Assembly (NCBI GenBank): GCA_027923505.1
Contig: BROI01000033.1
Location: 1 to 64,000 of the forward strand
Direction of reading: 5' to 3'
Length of the DNA: 64,000 bases
DNA from: Mayamaea pseudoterrestris
Taxonomy: Eukaryota
This document shows, one piece after another, positions 61,604 through 64,000 of this stretch. The translations under genes and the position numbers were made by a program. The notes beneath the pieces are model-generated. The model saw only the letters and a list, made by a program, of their open reading frames with translations. It had not been told where the DNA came from and made no database searches. The first letter of the stretch is position 1. Each line of letters begins with the position of its first letter.

Positions 61604-64000
61604 ATGAGGCTGTTATACATACTGGGCCTTTCATTGGTTCCATACGGTGACTCGTTTACGCTTCCAAGAAATGCGCAGAGCCGCAAAACACATGCTTTAC
61701 TGGCCGCATCGTCTTCGCCATCCTCATTGTCACAGCACGCCACTGATGACGCGGCAAGAGCCGGAGAGGGAGGCTTTTCGGTGTTACGACAACCAGCCTC
61801 GCGCAAGAATTGGGATCCCGACGCCGACGTTTCGTTCGACGCACCATTATTGCTGACGGACGAACCGCCGATGCAGCGCGACACGGAGTGGTGGAACGCG
61901 CGCTTTGGACAACAAAACGAACACAAGAAATCAAAGAGGGAACTTGATAGTGAAAACGACAATAGACCTTCTCCGGATATACTCCCCGACGCCTCTTCTT
62001 TGGACCTTTACCAGCGCACTCTTGATACGCTCGACTTTCCACGCATTCTACAAGCACTTGAGGAGCAGTGCACAACGGTACCTGCCAAGCGCATTATTCA
62101 AAAGCAGCTGCATCAAAGGCAACCTGGTAGACTAGTTGACAACGAGAAAGTGGAGCTACGTGAAGCAGTGCCGACGCTCATGGCTGATACCGTAGACGGT
62201 AGCCGCGAGCGTTATCAGGCCGTCCGAGAACTGCAGTGGCTGCAGATTGGAAGCACACCAACAACGGATTTGTCGCGCGTTTCCTATCGCAACCATCGAA
62301 ACTACAAACAATCCGTCCTCAACTTTCCGTATGCTTCAAGCAACAGTTTTGATTTGGAACTCTTTTTCCAAGCGACGCAGCAAGGACGGGTGCTGCAAGG
62401 TGCGGAGATTCGTGCCGTGGCCGACATGATGGAGTCGCTACAGAATACAATACTTTGGGGCGAAACGCTCCAAGAGCATGTTGGCGATGAATTCATTGCT
62501 TTGCCGAAAATGACGCAGCAAATTCCTTTCAACGAAACATTGTACACGCTCCTGACGACGGCGCTGGAGCCCGACACGGACACGTTGTCGGGTAAAACGT
62601 TTCCGCTCGTGGCGCAACTATGGTCTCGGGTGCGCTCCCTGCGAGCCGACATTTTGCAAACACTGGATGACTTGCTTTCCAAACCATCCATGCGACGAAA
62701 TTTGGCGCTGGATTCTGGAGGTGCCTTGTACTCGGAGATGAGCTCGTCGGGTCGGTTGGTGATACCCGTTGATAGCAGCGCTGTCAAGAACAACATGGGA
62801 ATTGTTCATGACACTAGCCGGAGCGGCAAGACTGTCTTTGTGGAACCGACGCAGATTGTTGGTCCGACGAATGAATTGAGACAAGCCGAAAGTGAGCTTC
62901 AGCGCGAGGAAGCGCGGATATGGCGGTTGCTGACGGAACAAATAATATTGAACCAAGAATCTTTACTGGCTGGTGTCAATCGAGGCGTGGCACAGTTGGA
63001 TTTAGCGAGGGCTAGGCTACAAGTTGGAGAAATGATTCAGGGTGTCATTCCATCTGTAGAGGATGAAGGAGTCATTGTGTTGGAGAATGCCAAGCATCCA
63101 GTCTTGCTGCTGCGTCGAGTTGACAATGTTGTCGGAAGTGACGTTGATCTAGGACGTGGTGAGAATCAAGGATTGGTTCTGACAGGACCAAATAGTGGAG
63201 GAAAGACTGTCATTTTAAAGCTGCTTGGTCTTATGGCGCTCATGGCTAGATGTGGAATTCCAGTGCCTGCCGATGGAGCAAAGGAACGTGACGGTGAAGT
63301 CGTGTACATTCCCCGTGTTGACTGCTTCAAACCTGTCTTGGCGGATATTGGTGATATTCAAAGTGTCGGTGGCGACTTGTCGACATTTTCTGGACACATG
63401 CTGGTATGCCGCGAGGTTCTCGCCGAATCGCAACGTAATGCTTTGGTTTTGATGGATGAAGTAGGTTCAGGCACTGACCCAAACCAAGGTGTGGCGCTGG
63501 CACAGGCTTTGCTTGAGTCGTTATTGGAGACGGGTGCTCGTGTGGCCATCACAACCCACTTTATGCAACTGAAACAACTCGCTTCCTCAGACAACCGTTT
63601 CTCGGTTGGTGGTATGCAATTTGTCAATGGGCGACCGACATACAAGCTTATACCTGGTGTGGTGGGCGAGTCTTTTGCACTTTCCGTCGCCGAACGCCTA
63701 AAACTTCCGCAGAAAGTAATTGACCGCGCCAACATGCTGCTGGATTCTGAGACGAGGCAGATGGGTGACCTTATACGCGGCCTTGAAGATCAAAAAGTTT
63801 TGCTGGATCAGCAGTCGCTTGAATTGGAGGAGAAGCAAAAGGAAGTAGCTCGTTTAGAGCAAAAACTTGTCGAAGAAAAGATACGATTAGAAAAGAAACA
63901 ACTCATTGCTCGGAGAGAAGAGGCCAAAAAATTTGCCAAAACCCTTGAACTGAAGGAGCAAGCTTTGGAAGACTTACTTCGGAAGCTCAAGGAAGATCCA
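61604..64000 (+). CDS. mutS2: MutS2 family protein, probably plastid-targeted (3' end beyond the window)
   Basis: Absent from the ORF track because it has no stop in the window. Manual translation gives MRLLYILGLSLVPYGDS-F..., TLDFPRILQAL, Walker A LTGPNSGGKT, DIGDIQS..LSTFSGH, LMDEVGSGTDP, ITTHF, then coiled coil. Confidence 0.92.
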   Translation, partial: MRLLYILGLSLVPYGDSFTLPRNAQSRKTHALLAASSSPSSLSQHATDDAARAGEGGFSVLRQPASRKNWDPDADVSFDAPLLLTDEPPMQRDTEWWNARFGQQNEHKKSKRELDSENDNRPSPDILPDASSLDLYQRTLDTLDFPRILQALEEQCTTVPAKRIIQKQLHQRQPGRLVDNEKVELREAVPTLMADTVDGSRERYQAVRELQWLQIGSTPTTDLSRVSYRNHRNYKQSVLNFPYASSNSFDLELFFQATQQGRVLQGAEIRAVADMMESLQNTILWGETLQEHVGDEFIALPKMTQQIPFNETLYTLLTTALEPDTDTLSGKTFPLVAQLWSRVRSLRADILQTLDDLLSKPSMRRNLALDSGGALYSEMSSSGRLVIPVDSSAVKNNMGIVHDTSRSGKTVFVEPTQIVGPTNELRQAESELQREEARIWRLLTEQIILNQESLLAGVNRGVAQLDLARARLQVGEMIQGVIPSVEDEGVIVLENAKHPVLLLRRVDNVVGSDVDLGRGENQGLVLTGPNSGGKTVILKLLGLMALMARCGIPVPADGAKERDGEVVYIPRVDCFKPVLADIGDIQSVGGDLSTFSGHMLVCREVLAESQRNALVLMDEVGSGTDPNQGVALAQALLESLLETGARVAITTHFMQLKQLASSDNRFSVGGMQFVNGRPTYKLIPGVVGESFALSVAERLKLPQKVIDRANMLLDSETRQMGDLIRGLEDQKVLLDQQSLELEEKQKEVARLEQKLVEEKIRLEKKQLIARREEAKKFAKTLELKEQALEDLLRKLKEDP

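Noticed and set aside
38397..63990. Many short ORFs antisense to or overlapping the called genes, and ORFs inside the 2-kb TIR element
   Set aside because: Shadow ORFs with no recognisable motifs.

Overview
Eukaryotic nuclear DNA, most consistent with a diatom (stramenopile): short GT-AG introns, bipartite plastid-targeting N-termini ending in a Phe motif, and diatom-type Copia and Gypsy retroelements. The left half (1-~32,350) is non-coding and almost entirely tandem repeat. A 169-bp satellite (A) alternates four times with a 182-183-bp satellite (B), followed by a ~345-bp repeat (C), a ~500-bp duplication (D) and a short mosaic of A/B/C fragments at the edge. By eye, A and B are collinear homologues that switch in register, and each has a 3-nt hypervariable site at the same position. 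A Copia element (TSD GCCGT) sits inside satellite A. A young Gypsy element (207-bp LTRs, TSD GTATT), with a TA-flanked MITE in gag and an in-frame gag-TGA-pol junction, marks the boundary. The right half (38.2-64 kb) is gene-dense: a TPR/MYND ubiquitin protease, a HAD+methyltransferase+dehydrogenase fusion, orphan paralogues, a 2-kb TIR element, a C2H2 protein, a TrhO/TSTD2 rhodanese, plastid RF2, IMPase, an Elongin-B-like gene and plastid MutS2 (runs off the window). All alignments were done by eye and no searches were run.
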